Assembly (NCBI GenBank): GCA_964016885.1 | Contig: OZ024744.1 | Coordinates: 2,480,001 to 2,544,000, forward strand | Direction: 5' to 3' | From: Eledone cirrhosa | Lineage: Eukaryota | DNA length: 64,000 nt | Part shown: in pieces, positions 1 to 14,265 of the stretch | Layout of the letters: every line of letters begins with the position of its first letter | Position numbering within the stretch: the first letter of the stretch is position 1 | Made by a program: the position numbers and the translations under genes | The notes under the pieces: generated by a model | Database searches by the model: none | What the model was told of the DNA's origin: nothing | The model's input: only the letters and a program-made list of their open reading frames with translations

Positions 1-33
<33 letters not shown>

Positions 34-60
34 TAGCTATGTAATAAACAACATAAGATA

Positions 61-130
61 ATTATTTCATTTACCAGTGGTTTCTTGAAGGCTGATGTTG
101 TGTCTGTCTTCAGTCGTCAGAATAAATAAC
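61..130 (-). ncRNA. Minimal type-I hammerhead ribozyme motif (PLE pLTR)
   Basis: Minus strand: ttatttatt CTGACGA c-tgaag...cttca-a GAAA ccactgg TA aatgaaataa; stems I-III can form, GUA cleavage triplet. Confidence 0.65.
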
Positions 131-404
131 ATGGTGTTTTTATTAAATATGGACTTGAAGACAAAATTTAGGAAATATGAAAGCGAGGCTGAAAAAAAAC
201 GGGCGAAACGGAATTTTGTAGAGGAGTAGGTACATTTTGTTGGAAGGAATAGGTATATTTTTGATAGAATAATCCAATTCTTAAACGTCCATGGTGTATG
301 TTGGTTAATTTCCTGAAACTGTAGAGTGCTCAACTTATCGGGCTGGAAGGTGCCAATCGTATATGCAATATAGAATGTGCTTCGATCATTCCCGGTTGGA
401 GCTG

Positions 405-532
405 TATAAATGAAGTATTTCCGTCGGAAAGGTACAGGAAATAAGATTGCTCTATGTAGGCTACAGTAATAAGCTCTGTAGCCTATATAGAGCACTCTTT
501 CTTCCTGTACCTTTCCGACGGAAATACTTCAT

Positions 533-537
<5 letters not shown>
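405..537. repeat. Fold-back inverted repeat (short PLE pLTR inversion) abutting (TA)n
   Basis: Arms 405-466 and 476-537 are reverse complements with few mismatches. Confidence 0.85.
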
Positions 538-578
<41 letters not shown>

Positions 579-625
579 ATATATAAATATTCACACACGC
601 TCATTCACACACACAGACACATATA

Positions 626-687
<62 letters not shown>

Positions 688-718
688 TATATATATATAT
701 ATATACATATATATATAC

Positions 719-770
<52 letters not shown>

Positions 771-972
771 ACATATATATATATACATATATATACATAC
801 ATATATATATACATGCATATATATATATATATATACATATATATGTATATATATATATACATATATATGTATACACATATATGTATGTATAAATACGTAC
901 ACATACACACACACACGTATATACACATACATACATATATTATATATATATACGTACATATATTAATATGTT

Positions 973-1026
<54 letters not shown>

Positions 1027-1105
1027 AACGCACACACACGTATTTGTGTGTGTGTATATATATATATACACACTCTCATGTACATTTATATATATATGTG
1101 TGTGC
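534..1105. repeat. Compound (TA)n/(CA)n/(TG)n microsatellite, representative of dozens in the window
   Basis: Direct reading; source of the [14 protein letters not shown] pseudo-ORFs. Confidence 0.98.
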
Positions 1106-1133
1106 ATGGGTCCTTCTTTCTGGTGTTTCTTAT

Positions 1134-1441
1134 AGTGTTGTTAGCTGACTTTTGGCTGCTATTTCTAAAGTGTCTATTAATATATGCTAGAAATAGCAGT
1201 CAAATGTCAGTTAACAAGACCAAATAAGAAGGATTATATAAACTGCACACCCGCAAAATGTTTAACTTAATTTCCGGCTTTAAGTAAGACAAGAGTTATC
1301 TTTCTTGCCAAATATTCTCCGTTTGTTGACATAAAAAAAATCTATTGTTTAAAAAGTTGAGGCTGAATTTTAGCTAACTTTTTTCATCTTGTCCACTTCC
1401 GGTTTCAATTTTCGCGCTAGAAATAGCAACCAAGAGCAACA
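1134..1441. mobile_element. Non-autonomous interspersed repeat with tgctatttcta/tagaaatagca inverted motifs (probable MITE)
   Basis: Related copies at about 29950-30445 (+) and 34850-35120 (-). Confidence 0.5.
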
Positions 1442-1533
1442 TATATAGATATATATAATCCTAATCGTAAAGTGCTTTACTATATAAATATATATATATG
1501 AATGTGTGTATCAGTGTGTATGCATGAGAGCGT

Positions 1534-1564
<31 letters not shown>

Positions 1565-1616
1565 AATATATATATGTATTTTTATATATATATATATATA
1601 TATATGTATTTATATA

Positions 1617-1865
1617 TAAAATAAAGTTAAATAAGAAGTCAAATGATTAAAATTTAGCTTCGTTTATTACTGCTATATATATTTGAGTGACAGCCATCTT
1701 TGGCTGTGACCTCTTCAGGCAGTCTAATTAGTATGGTATAGACAAGTACACATGTTGTTGAGGTGTATAATATTGTCAATACTCTGATATGCCCAGTTCC
1801 TTGTTGAGTTGTTATTTCACTGAGGAACTGGAATACTGAGGTGTTGGTATACAACTTAAAATATT
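1617..1865 (-). mobile_element. PLE pLTR fragment, internally deleted copy of the 8656-9140 family
   Basis: Near identity with 8656-8868 and with the 9102-9140 tail; flanked by (TA)n. Confidence 0.8.
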
Positions 1866-1889
1866 TATATATATATATATATGTATTTG

Positions 1890-2070
<181 letters not shown>

Positions 2071-2110
2071 GATAGTAATAAATGGAAACTATATTTATAA
2101 AACCATATTT

Positions 2111-2173
2111 ATTTCATTATACATATTTCAGGGATACCAAATTAAATTATGGTATGCCTTCATCAGACAAAAT
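2111..2173 (-). ncRNA. Hammerhead motif in pLTR fragment 2065-2374
   Basis: Minus: attttgt CTGATGA aggcatacc...ggtatccct GAAA tatgta TA atgaaat; degenerate second copy at about 32865-32950. Inverted repeat 2065-2105/2248-2288. Confidence 0.65.
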
Positions 2174-2370
2174 ACAATATATAACAGTTTTACAAATAAG
2201 CTTTGACGTACCCTTTTAAAATGCGACCATTATTTTTGGAGGCCATCTGGTTTTATAAATATAGTTTCCATTTATTAATATCGTATATCTACTCCAAATA
2301 CTTGTCGAGTGCTTTATATCAGTTATAAAAATATTTACTTGTTGTATCCCAACAATTTAAATAGAACTTT

Positions 2371-2441
<71 letters not shown>

Positions 2442-2443
<2 letters not shown>

Positions 2444-2631
2444 CGAAGGAAATGTGGTAAGGAACCAGGTGGACCATAACGCACCAAAGTACTCAATACT
2501 TGAGGTAGTAGAGTGGGTAATAGGAACCAGTAAGACCCCGACAGCTGAGCTCAAGCCGTTTCGACGGCTAATTCTGGACCAGAATTAGCCGTCGAAACGG
2601 CTTGAGCTCAGCTGTCGGGGTCTTACTGGTT

Positions 2632-2636
<5 letters not shown>
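2442..2636 (-). mobile_element. Fold-back pLTR fragment with the 3' half of a hammerhead
   Basis: Near-perfect palindrome 2520-2576/2580-2636 containing GAAA-cggcttgagctcagctg-TC; same family at 28863-29001. Confidence 0.75.
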
Positions 2637-2717
<81 letters not shown>

Positions 2718-2731
2718 GTATATATATATAT

Positions 2732-4229
2732 ACTAATGAAGTTATCGAATGGTTTAAAGAAATTAAATATAACTATAATAATAAGTTTATTCAATTGGAT
2801 ATTGCTAATTATTACTCATCCATCACTCCTAATCTACTTAACAAACCACTAACATATGCATTTAAACATACGGACTTAACTAGTAATGAAATGTACATTA
2901 TCTTAACGGCACGGAAAACATTAATTAAATTTAACAACCAACTCTGGACTAGAGCAGATAGAAATAATAATTTCGATATCACTATGGGATCATCCGATTC
3001 CGCTCCGGTAACGGATCTTGTGGGCCTCTTTATAAATAATTCTCTACATAGAAAAATACCTGAAATGACTGGAGGTTTATATCGTGACGACATGCTATTA
3101 CTTATCGAAAATAACAACTGTGAATTAAATAGGAAAAGAAAAGAAATTATACAATTTTTTAATTACCTTAATCCTAAAAGTAGAAATAGAGAATAACCAT
3201 AAAATAGTTAATTTTCTAGATGTAATATTAAACCTTAACACGTGTCTTCATTATCCATTTCACAAACTAAACGATAACTTAAACTACGTTAATTTTAACT
3301 CTAATCACCCCTGATACGTTAAAAATACTATAGTGAATTCTGTACAGCAACGCATTTCTAGAATTTCAGCTAATAAGAATATATTTGATGATAATGCACA
3401 TTATTACAACGAAGCGTTAGGTAGAGCTGGATATAGAAATAAAATTAAATACATTGATAATAATAATATAACAACTAACCATAATCTTAACAATTTTAAC
3501 AACTATAATAGAAAACCTTACAATAATTCGGAAAACAAAAAAAGAAATAGAACTAGGAATATATTATGGTTCGCTCCTCCTTTCTCGTTAAATATTAAAA
3601 CCCCTATTGCTAAACTATTCTTTAAAGTTCTTTACAAATGCTTCCCTAGAACGCATAGATATTACTCAATTTTTAATAGACATACTATAAAATTAACTTA
3701 TTCATCCACCAAAATTTTAGAGCAAAATATTAATAGAATTAATAATAGAAATTTAAAACCTAACCAAAATACCACTAATAACCCAAGCAATATCCAATTT
3801 GATAAATGTAACTGTAGAAATAAATCTAACTGTCCGTTAAATAACAATTGCTTAGCTAAAAATATAGTATATAATTGTAATGTAATAACTAATTTAAATT
3901 CATTTAATTATGTAGGATCTACTTCCACAGATTTTAAATCTCGTTTTAATAACCATAAATGCTCTTTTACGCATTTAAACAAAAAATCTTCAACTTCTCT
4001 ATCTAGCTTATTATGGGACCTCAAATTAAAGAACGTTAAATATTCGTTACTTTGGAATATTATTTCAAAAGCTACTCCTTTTAACTCCTCTTCAGAAAAT
4101 TGTGATCTTTGTATAGAGGAAATATTCTTTATATTAAAAAGCAAAAATTGCCTGAATGTAAGAAACAATCTCTTCAGTTGCTGCAGACATAGATTGAACT
4201 CAACGTTTAAATATAAATTTAAAATGTAA
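2732..4229 (+). pseudogene. 5'-truncated Hydra-like PLE ORF (RT + GIY-YIG), with a frameshift and a stop
   Basis: DITMGSSDSA, GGLYRDD, CNCRNKSNC (CxCx5C), NIVY...YVGST, CDLC...CCRH; starts at (TA)n; AT-rich 3' tail to about 4710. Confidence 0.9.
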
Positions 4230-4710
4230 TATATAATTAATTCTATTAATATATTGAACCTATCGATAAATCATTAGATTCCTTCATTTGACTGCTTAAA
4301 CTCTCAAATATATTTTTAAAACATTTTCTAGATAAACATACTGAAAGCTCTTAAAAGGGGAAAATATTTTCTTTGAAAGTTTCTCCTATTTTTGAAAGTT
4401 TCTCTTTTGAAAGGTTCTCCTTCTTTTTCTTTGAAAATTTCCCATATAGTTATAAAAATTAAGTTAAACATACTGAGAGTTAAATATTATATAAAAAATT
4501 TCAATTTTTATACTGAATTTTTTAGACATATTCGTATTTTAAAATTATATCTTAAAATATTCTGTAATATTTAAAAAAATTATATTGCTTTAAAGTTATA
4601 TTGTTTATAATTGTAAGAATATATTTCCAAATCGTAATATAATTCATTTTTATTTTATTTTTTATTTTATTTTATATATTATGTACTTCAATTATACTAT
4701 CTACTGTATA

Positions 4711-5003
<293 letters not shown>

Positions 5004-5148
5004 TATATATATATATATTCATTAGTTAAGCAAAACAAGTCCACAAATTTCACAAGGAAGACATTATTAAAAGATTGTCAACATATTTAGTTTGATGTAA
5101 GGAATGTAGAGAATAATAATAATAATAATATTAATAATAATAATGCCC

Positions 5149-5269
5149 GTTTACAATTGTTTCGCTACTCCGTATAATATTTCTGGATCAGATGACTATG
5201 TATCATAATTGATCTGGTTCAGTTGAAAATAATTAACATATTTAAAAAAACAGAGTGGCTCATCGGAAC
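5149..5269 (-). ncRNA. Hammerhead motif, U4C core, long stem II
   Basis: Minus: gtt CCGATGA gccactctg...cggagtagc GAAA caattg TA aac. Confidence 0.55.
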
Positions 5270-5488
5270 TCAAAGGAATATAAATTAAAATAATGTTACA
5301 TAATATAATGTTCCATATATTAGTTTTTACTATGGTGCCTTTGTTTCATCAGCTTTGTTTCATCGACAGATGAGTACTGCTTGATTATGGCTGACAACAT
5401 TTGAAATATTTAACCAAGAAGCAGACAGAATGATAAAATAAAAATATAAAAATATATTATTATACAAACCGCCTCAATAACCATTTTA

Positions 5489-5569
5489 TCTCTCGGAGAG
5501 ATTATCCCTAATCTGTTTCGCCCTGAGTGTGTTTGTAACAGATAATCCTTAGGCATCATCAGCGAGAGA
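5489..5569 (-). ncRNA. Hammerhead motif in tandem pLTR fragment (about 5396-5935)
   Basis: Minus: tctctcg CTGATGA...gggc GAAA cagattagggataatct cTC cgagaga (7-bp stem I); direct repeat about 5400-5448/5881-5929. Confidence 0.65.
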
Positions 5570-5947
5570 ATCTGATTAAATGCAACAAACACTATGTACC
5601 AACGTTCACACAGAAAGATGAAATTTATCACCTCGTGCGCCGCTAGTCAAACGTAGTAAGCGTGTATTGAATAGAAACAACAGTCCAACACACACAACTT
5701 AATAAGCTCGACTTGTGAGGGAGCAGAAATATAAATGAAAATTAGAGTTACAACTCCAATTGAAACCCTGTAACTATTAAGCTCCAAGTATAAAATACTG
5801 AGCCGATTAATAATATATATGCAGTAAGAAACACAGTCAACCGTGTGTCTAATATTACAAGGGTTGAAAAACCACATTTGTTTGAAATATTTAACCAAGA
5901 AGCAGACAGAATGATAAAATAAAAATATATTTTTATATATATCTCTC

Positions 5948-6164
5948 AACGATCGACTTTCGTCAAATCGGACCGAGGGAACAATGTTTCCGTTGGTCTT
6001 TCCAATTGCTAATACTATCTATCGGTCGCAACTCCAGGTAGAAGGAGCAACGTGAAATAAAGTGTCTTGCCCAAGGACATAACGCATCGCCTGGTCCAGG
6101 AATCGAACTCACAACCTTACGATTGCGAATCCAATTCTCTAACCACTCAGCCACACGCCTTCAC
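5948..6164 (-). mobile_element. tRNA-derived SINE (family 1)
   Basis: A box TGGCTGAGTGG, B box GTTCGATTCC, central tgtccttgggcaagacact; near-identical + copy at 20980-21196. Confidence 0.88.
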
Positions 6165-6250
6165 TTTATATATATATGTGTATATATATTATATATATAT
6201 ATGTTTATATATATTATATATATATATGTTTATATATATATGTGTATATA

Positions 6251-6416
<166 letters not shown>

Positions 6417-6436
6417 AATACATATATATATATATC

Positions 6437-6946
6437 CTACGAACACACGATATCATAAAAAGCAAAAGACAATCTAGGTCAATGAAAAACATCCTAACAC
6501 ATGCCAAAGTACTGCCAACCACAACAACGAAACCCACAGTAAAGAAATGCGATAGACCCAACTGTGGCATATGCATCAACCTAATAGAGGGTTCGGAATT
6601 ATATTTCAAAGAAGGACAACGTTTTATAGTAAAACACAATTTCACATGCACATCAGAAAATCTAATATATGTATTAACTTGCTCAGGTTGTCGAGAACAA
6701 TACATAGGCCAGACCAAAAACAGCCTCCGCCAACGCATGACTGTCCATAGATCCCAAATTAAAATACGGGAATACAGGAAAATACCACTGAGTTATCACA
6801 TTGATACCTGTGCCGCCCAAAATCATCCCAACTTCAGAATCTTTCCCCTCTACAAATTTAAAGATAATGCCACCCACACCCAGCGCATCAGCAAGGAATC
6901 TTACTTTATTAACAAATACGGACCCCGTCTAAACACTTCTCCCTAA
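6437..6946 (+). pseudogene. 3' fragment of a Neptune-like PLE ORF (GIY-YIG endonuclease)
   Basis: Cys linker [22 protein letters not shown]...YIGQT, R...H...H, ESYFI, LN; upstream part of the track ORF is (TA)n; CA-rich 3' UTR follows. Confidence 0.85.
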
Positions 6947-7562
6947 GACGAACCCACAACATACACACGTCAACATACATACCTACATCAGCATACATCT
7001 CTACCCACATATAAACACAATGACATACGTAAACACACATGTTCTATGGTGCAACACAAATATACACAAATTTGCATACATTTTGATGTCTATAGATATA
7101 AACGTGCCGACACACACATACATAAACGCACACATGCATTGCACACTGATGGGCACATACTTATTTGTACACAAGTATTTACAATCTGGACACACTCACA
7201 CACACCTTGGTATTATGCCAATACTATATGTCATTTCACACCTTTTATTATTAAGGTTTTTGATGTTCTATTGAGAGAATCGATTTTACTGAAAATATCG
7301 AATAATGTACACCATTTCACCAGTATGACAAAAATAATTACTGGTTCACCCACACACACACACACACATTCTCACACACACACAGACGCACATATATACA
7401 CACACACATACACGCGCGTACATTAACATACAAAGAGACACACACACACACATTTCTCCGTATAAGACAAGAGCTGAAAAATATCTTTTAACATGGTAAA
7501 ATATCCCCCACACACTTACAGACACATTCCTACTGACCACCCCTCTACCACGAATTACTCTG

Positions 7563-7629
<67 letters not shown>

Positions 7630-7719
7630 TCTTAATAGGCATTTGAACTGTCAACAGGCTGCGGTTCGCACACACATCCCTGCTGACCATTATCAAAACA
7701 ACGAACCTCTTTACTACTA

Positions 7720-7757
<38 letters not shown>

Positions 7758-8197
7758 TTGTTTTGAAAGACTTATTTTTCAGCGACTTTTCAATCAGCCG
7801 ACACAAACCTACATTTGGCGCAAAATCAATTTTTAACATTCACATGACCTCTACCCACGAATCAAAATTGTTTTGACCAGAAGAATTTTTGCAAATTGGC
7901 GCAAAACTTATTTTAATACCGCTGGAGCCACTTTTTTAACATAAAAACAGTTAGAATTTCCAAAACTAATCAGATTAGAGCAAACATCGCGGACGCTCTA
8001 TCTCAAAATTATTTTTGAAAAGCATTAGAAATGCGCAATCGGTAAAACTTAAAACCAAAACTGAATACTAACCAACACTATTACTAATTCTCACTTATTC
8101 CTAATTAAATTATTTTTCACTGTGAACAATTTGTCAGCATTTTCTTTTCCGTTTACCAATATATCATAACTTGTGTGTTACACCTCTATTCTTTTAA

Positions 8198-8244
<47 letters not shown>

Positions 8245-8251
<7 letters not shown>

Positions 8252-8597
8252 GTGAGGTTTTTTTTACAAAATGAAAAATAACCGAGGTGTCCTACACGAG
8301 AAGAAGTATAAAGAAAAAGGGATGAAATCGAAAATGCAACTGAAGTCTTATTTTTTTTTTAATATATATATTTATTTGGTTCCTTTACCGGTTTCGCAGT
8401 TCTTCTGCTTTTCAAAAGGTGAGTTGAGATGGAGGGTCTGTGGTTTTTCTCACATCTGTGAGAAAAACCACAGACCCTCCATCTCAACTCACCTTTTGAA
8501 AAGCAGAAGAACTGCGAAACCGGTAAAGGAACCAAATAAATATATATATTAAAAAAAAAATAAGACTTCAGTTGCATTTTCGATTTCATCCCTTTTT

Positions 8598-8604
<7 letters not shown>
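8245..8604. mobile_element. Fold-back pLTR fragment; 148-bp palindrome arms (8307-8454/8457-8604)
   Basis: Arms are reverse complements around a 2-nt spacer; flanked by (TA)n. Confidence 0.9.
8492..8529 (+). ncRNA. Minimal hammerhead with U3-A8 covariant core (mirror copy 8382-8419 -)
   Basis: cctt TTGAAAA gcag aagaa ctgc GAAA ccgg TA aagg. Confidence 0.7.
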
Positions 8605-9878
<1,274 letters not shown>

Positions 9879-11805
9879 TATATGAAATATAAGAATCAAA
9901 GAACTGTTCAAAACATTATTGTGCTTACAGCTGTTTCCTCCAAACCGAGGTTTGGATTCTTCGGAGCAATTTATTAATGCATGGACAGTTATATGACCTC
10001 CTTTTCAGCCGAGAGACATACCAATACATATTCAAACATTGATACATATTCAAACATTGTGGGTCAACATTCATTACAGAATTTAGAGTGGCAGTACACA
10101 CTTCGAGATTACATTTATATTAATAGGTACAATCAAAAATCAAAGATATAGGTTAAAGTACAACATGAAGATAAGTGGTTATATAGTGCAAATGTTATAT
10201 GTGTGGCACGCATGTGCGTCTTGTTTATATAGTGTGGCAGAGAGATATGTGTGGTAGAGGCACTTAGGTAGGTAAATAAGAGTGTTAGGTTGGTAGATCT
10301 GGTGGCAAAGTCTTTATATGATTGATATAGTCTGTGTGTGGAGAAATATTATAAGCATTAAAGATAGTGCAAGCATTAAAAGTGTTATAAGTATTGGAGA
10401 TGCACAGCGCAGGGATGTCAAGTAATTCATGTACTTCGGTATTTTCATGGTCAAGGGAGTGTATATTTCGATTATATGCCTTTCACATAATCCACGACAA
10501 TCCAGTTAGAGATCGTAGTCTGGTGTTCTTTAGTTCGATACAGGAGGTTGTTACGTTTCGAGAGACGCCATTGAATACCGGAAGTGTGTGTGTGGCTAAG
10601 GGGAGTTAATGCATGCGGGGAGGTAACTCTGGGGTTTCTATATCTAGCCATTAAAATGTGTCTCAATATAGACCCTAAATTCTATGGTGAGGTGCACCTT
10701 CCAAGAGAGACTTTTAAAGCATAAAGTGTACTAACTATAGAGTAGTTTAACTAAATTATGCTGAAGGTGATCATATTATTATTAGGGTGGATTAACCCAT
10801 CTTAAGGTGCTACAAATGGAAATTATAGATGATGAGCGAGGATTCTAAATTAATGATCTCTATGGTTGTAGTCTGCTCATATGACCAGGCGCGGTGATTG
10901 CAGGATTGCTTCAGGACCCAATGATCTCTGGTAAGATCTGGGTCATCGCTTGCTACATTGGATGTCGAAAGATAATCATCCCCAGGCAGGCCAAAGGTCA
11001 ATCCGCAGTCCTCGCGACCCCTCTCTGACCGTCAGATCATCCATATACGTACAACCCGCACGGCAGTTGCACTGCATTCACTCACTGCGTTCAGCAGCCT
11101 GGTCCTACTGGTCAACAGCGCTACTCGATTAAATCATTTTACATCTGTCTAAGGAAGGTGTTTCCTCTGCCCAACACCATCCAACCGATCAATTCATGCT
11201 CAAATTACCCTTAGAGCGGTGTAGTGCCGTCCAGGTGGGTGGATGTTGTCACACCTGCCGTAGAGGTATAAATGGGTATTTTCCCTGCGAAGGGTTCCAG
11301 AGGGATGTCGTTGTTTGTGTTATAATGGATCAGCTAGTGTTGGGTATGTAGTATAGGGTGTGTCTCTGGTGTTTGATGCTAGATGTGGTGTTAGGTTCCA
11401 GTCCAACATTGCTATATATGGGGCTTAAAGTTTTGGAAGGAATGTCTGAGGCGGTGCTGGCAAGTTGCAAACACCTCAGATTTTTTGTTAAGTAGGTTAC
11501 GGTTGGAGAAGATAATATTGTGTGTCTCTAGTATACAGAGGAAACAGCTGTAAGCACAATAATGTTTTGAACAGTTCTTTGATTCTTATATTTCATATAA
11601 CTGCTCTGTAAATCATCTGATGTTTTTACATTGAGCTACTTAACTTACTGGTAATAAGGTAGTAATACATTACTGCCTACCACTATTTAGGGTGTGTGTA
11701 AAATACTTACAACTGCTTAAGGTTTTGTGTTTACATAACCATAAATAGTATAACTAATACTATTAACTGCTCCATATCGTTGAGCTGACATATAATATTG
11801 CCAAT

Positions 11806-14265
11806 ATGCTAATCAAAGACCAACTCCCCATGTCAACCAAGAACATACCAATACCATCCAGGAATACATATGAGAAATTGCTGATCAACAGTGTAAATTC
11901 ATTTATCAATAGAGTGAGCTGGAGGACATTCCATTATGATAGAAACAAATCTAACAACTTGAATAATACTAACAATTTTGACTCCTTCGGCTTTAAAACC
12001 TTTAAAAGCCCCCCTCATAACACTCTACTTAACTCCTTTGAAAATGACCTAGTTAAACTAGTTAAGAACATTAAATACAATAAGCACCATATTAGAAGCA
12101 ACACCTTCTTAAACAAACTTAACACTTCTATTAGTGGATTCAAAACTAGTAATAAAATTATTGTACACGCAGATAAAACTAATAACATATACAGCCTAGA
12201 TTATATTACTTATAGAAAGTTTATATATAATGAACTACATAAAAGCTACAAAAAAACCACCTTGAAAAACTTAGAAGATATTAATGTAGAGGGTTATAAT
12301 ATAGTGTCTAAACTAGGACTACAGAGGCATACACAACCTTTCACTCCGAACCCCCCTAGATTCTCTCTGAAGGACCATAAGGAGAACTTCATCAGCAACC
12401 CCACGATAAGACTTATCTGCCCTTCCAAGTCCGACATTGGTATTATCAGCAAGAAGATTTTGGATAAAATCATCCCACAAATTAAACACAAGATACACCT
12501 TAAACAATGGGGAAATACGGGTGAAGTAATTGAATGGTTTAAGGATATCAAGAATAATAAGAACAAAAAATTTATTCAATTTGATATCAATTCATACTAC
12601 ACCTCTATTTCCCCTATCCTATTAAATAAGGCACTTATCATGGCCATGACCAATAGCGACCTGACTAGAGCCCAGGTTGATGTCATCCTTGCGGCCCGTA
12701 AAACCATAATCACCTTCGAGGACCAACTATGGACACGCAAGGATACGCACAACAACTTCGACATAACCATGGGATCTAGTGACTCGGCGCAGGTCACTGA
12801 TTTGGTCGGCCTATACCTCCTCAATGAAATCCATAAAGACCTCCCTTACCTCAACGGTGGTTTGTACCGCGATGATGCACTTCTACTCATAGAATATAAA
12901 AAAATTAATATAGAAAGAACTAGAAAACAACTGCATAAGACATTCAAAAACTTTAACCTTAGTATCACCATGGACAAAAACACTAAAAATGTTAACTTCC
13001 TAGACGCCACACTATACCTAGACTCAAAAATATATACACCCTTCCATAAGCCTAATGAGAAACTTATTTACGTAGATACCAAGTCTAATCACCCTAGATC
13101 AATATTAAACTCTATCTCTAAGGGGGTGTCCAATAGAATCTCTAGTCTGTCCTATGACGCAAACATATTTAGCAAAAACTCACAATATTACAATCAAGCA
13201 TTAGCTAGCTCCGGCCATAATATAGAAATTGAGTTCCTACCTAAGAAAACACATAGCTACAACATCATCTCGCACAACATGTCCATGAGGAAATCTAATA
13301 ATAGGAATAGCAACCACAAGTACACCAAAGTGGAGGGTGCCACCGGAAGTAACCATTACCATGGAAACTACTGTGAGGCCTTAGGAGGAAGCAACACACC
13401 AAACACTAAAAGCAAAAATAGAAGAAGAAATAATACATTTTTCAACCCTCCTTTCAACCTAAATGTCTCCACCAACATACCTAGGGCTTTCTTCTCACTA
13501 CTAGATAAAAACTTCCCTCTAGGACACAAGTACCACAACCTCTTAAACAAAAACACCATTAAAATCTCATACTCCACGACGCCTAACTTAGCATACCACA
13601 TAGCTAGCAGCAATAATAGTAAAATTAGTTCTTACTTCCAACAAACAAAATCGCAACGGGATGCAAACCCTCTAAATACCACTGTAGCAAGCAACAATAG
13701 CAACGGCAGTAACAATAGAAATAACACTAGTATAAGTAATAACACCAGGGTTGTCAACCTGAACACCCAAAATCCTATACCCACCACACAGACTTCCGCA
13801 TTGCATTATAACCAGCGGACTAACGCACAGAATAATTGTAACTGTAGAACTAATAGAACCTGCCCTTTAGATAAAAAATGCCTAACCAAGGATGTCATAT
13901 ACTCATGCACAGTCACGACTAATAACTCTTCAGAAACCTATGTAGGCTCCACTTCTAACTGCTTCAAAATTAGATATAACTCGCACATCCACTCGTTCAA
14001 AAAGCACAGCCTAGCCAACTCCACCTCACTTTCTAGCTACATTCACTATCTAAAATCTAAAAATAAACCATACACACTCAAATGGGAAGTGATAGGCAGC
14101 GCGACCTCGTACAAACCACCTAATAAATTCTGTAACCTCTGTATACTAGAGACACACAATATTATCTTCTCCAACCGTAACCTACTTAACAAAAAATCTG
14201 AGGTGTTTGCAACTTGCCAGCACCGCCTCAGACATTCCTTCCAAAACTTTAAGCCCCATATATAG
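11806..14265 (+). CDS. PLE polyprotein, reverse transcriptase + C-terminal GIY-YIG endonuclease (819 aa, uninterrupted)
   Basis: ADKT, IQFDINSYY, ITMGSSDS, GGLYRDD, VNFLD; CNCRTNRTC (CxCx5C), DVIY...YVGST, KW, C-terminal CxxC...CxH. Confidence 0.95.
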   Translation: MLIKDQLPMSTKNIPIPSRNTYEKLLINSVNSFINRVSWRTFHYDRNKSNNLNNTNNFDSFGFKTFKSPPHNTLLNSFENDLVKLVKNIKYNKHHIRSNTFLNKLNTSISGFKTSNKIIVHADKTNNIYSLDYITYRKFIYNELHKSYKKTTLKNLEDINVEGYNIVSKLGLQRHTQPFTPNPPRFSLKDHKENFISNPTIRLICPSKSDIGIISKKILDKIIPQIKHKIHLKQWGNTGEVIEWFKDIKNNKNKKFIQFDINSYYTSISPILLNKALIMAMTNSDLTRAQVDVILAARKTIITFEDQLWTRKDTHNNFDITMGSSDSAQVTDLVGLYLLNEIHKDLPYLNGGLYRDDALLLIEYKKINIERTRKQLHKTFKNFNLSITMDKNTKNVNFLDATLYLDSKIYTPFHKPNEKLIYVDTKSNHPRSILNSISKGVSNRISSLSYDANIFSKNSQYYNQALASSGHNIEIEFLPKKTHSYNIISHNMSMRKSNNRNSNHKYTKVEGATGSNHYHGNYCEALGGSNTPNTKSKNRRRNNTFFNPPFNLNVSTNIPRAFFSLLDKNFPLGHKYHNLLNKNTIKISYSTTPNLAYHIASSNNSKISSYFQQTKSQRDANPLNTTVASNNSNGSNNRNNTSISNNTRVVNLNTQNPIPTTQTSALHYNQRTNAQNNCNCRTNRTCPLDKKCLTKDVIYSCTVTTNNSSETYVGSTSNCFKIRYNSHIHSFKKHSLANSTSLSSYIHYLKSKNKPYTLKWEVIGSATSYKPPNKFCNLCILETHNIIFSNRNLLNKKSEVFATCQHRLRHSFQNFKPHI

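Noticed and set aside
447-1227. [14 protein letters not shown]-rich ORFs here and throughout the window
   Set aside because: Translations of (TA)n, (TG)n and (CA)n microsatellites.
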